Below, one piece after another: positions 62,875-64,000 of a stretch of 64,000 nt of DNA. A program made the translations under genes and the position numbers. The notes beneath the pieces were generated by a model. The model did no database searches, was not told the origin of the DNA, and saw only the letters and a program-made list of their open reading frames with translations. The stretch is from Octopus sinensis (taxonomy: Eukaryota). The stretch's first letter is position 1. The number at the start of each line of letters is the position of its first letter. The stretch lies in assembly GCF_006345805.1 (NCBI RefSeq), contig NC_043010.1, positions 58,280,001 to 58,344,000 on the forward strand, written 5' to 3'.

Positions 62875-63255
62875 ATTCTTTTACTTGTTTCAGTCATTTG
62901 TGTGGCCATGTTGGAGCACCGCCTTCAGTCAAACAAATCAACCCCAGGAATTATTCTTTGTAAGCTTGGTACTTATTCTGTCGGTCTATTTTGCCCAACC
63001 ACTAAGTTAAAGAGGACATAAACACACCAACATTTGTTGTCAAGCGATGGTGGGAGGACAAACACGGACACAAACACACACATATGTATATATATACACA
63101 AGGCTTCTTTCAGTTTCCGTCTACCAAATCCACTCACAAGGCTTTGGTTGGCCCAAGGCTATACTAGTAGACATTTGCCCAAGGGGCCACACAGTGGGAC
63201 TGAACCCAGAACAATATGGTTGGTAAGCAAGCTATTTACCACACAACCACTCCTA
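62875..63255 (-). mobile_element. SINE, family A (long form)
   Basis: Matches 48712-49110. Confidence 0.85.
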
Positions 63256-64000
63256 AGAAAACAGGACATGATTTGAGGGTGACTTGGCTGTTTTTTCTAA
63301 TAGGTCTAGGTCCCATTGAACCTCATTGGTTCACACATAAACACATTATCTTTTATCCTTTGTTTTTATTTGCTTCAGTCATTGGTGCACGGCCATAATG
63401 GAGCACTGACTTTAAGGGTTTAGTCAAGCATATTGACAAACCACTAAGTTACTACCTCTAGTTTAACTCTCTGGCAGTTGATGGAGTCTATTTTCTGTAA
63501 ATTTTCAGTGTCTATTGCCCCTGTGCACCTTCCACACTCAAAACTATTTTCCCAGTTAACCTTCCTCTGATATTGCTGCACCTCTTATGTGTCCATAGTT
63601 TGCCCTGAGTACATCTTATGGAGTTTCTACCAATGCCTTTCCTACAGACCGAGTAGGGCCACCTACATGAAGGGATTTGTAATTTGTCTGCTCTCCTACT
63701 TACTAAAATTTTGGTTTTTTTCTAGATTAACTCTAAGGCTCTTTGATTCTAGACCTTGCCTCCATGACTGAAATTTCTGCTCTAGTTCAGAACAAGATCA
63801 TCAGCATAGAGAGCTCCTAGGGGCAGTAGATATATACACACACACATATATATGCTGTGCTTGAGAAAACCTGGTAAGCAGAGTGAGATCGTAATTGTGG
63901 CCTATGCCAGTGCTGCATAACCAGCCCATCTAAGAGCACCCTTCAATCAGTGGGCAATAGACTGTGCTTGTAAAGACCTGTTGAGTCAGGTGAAGTCATT

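Overview
This is AT-rich eukaryotic DNA dominated by microsatellites, SINEs and decayed transposons. It is most likely from a coleoid cephalopod such as Octopus; that is an inference from the gene type and repeat landscape, not a database result. One protein-coding gene is well supported: a minus-strand protocadherin. Its signal peptide, six cadherin (EC) repeats, TM helix and the start of the cytoplasmic tail lie in one exon (ATG at 35818, phase-0 GT donor at 33400); downstream exons are only candidates. Mobile DNA includes four abundant SINE or LINE-tail families, nested Tc1/mariner elements, two non-autonomous Helitrons, TTAA-type and hAT-type MITEs, RTE remnants, a Penelope GIY-YIG remnant, and a 4.8-kb pile-up of six RLE-type (R4/Dong-like) retrotransposon fragments around (TAA)n arrays. 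The most interesting non-coding signals are hammerhead-ribozyme cores in Penelope-like remnants: one near-intact with a self-complementary dimer-type stem III, and two sharing an A6U core variant. Also notable are a 254-bp palindrome, a 1-kb terminally redundant insert, a 60-bp in-frame repeat that may be a protocadherin terminal exon, and a predicted calcium-free EC3-EC4 junction. I saw no rRNA, true tRNA genes, CRISPR arrays or prokaryotic features. Nearly all short ORFs in the track are microsatellite or antisense artefacts. Repeat boundaries were read by eye and are approximate unless TSDs or termini are quoted.
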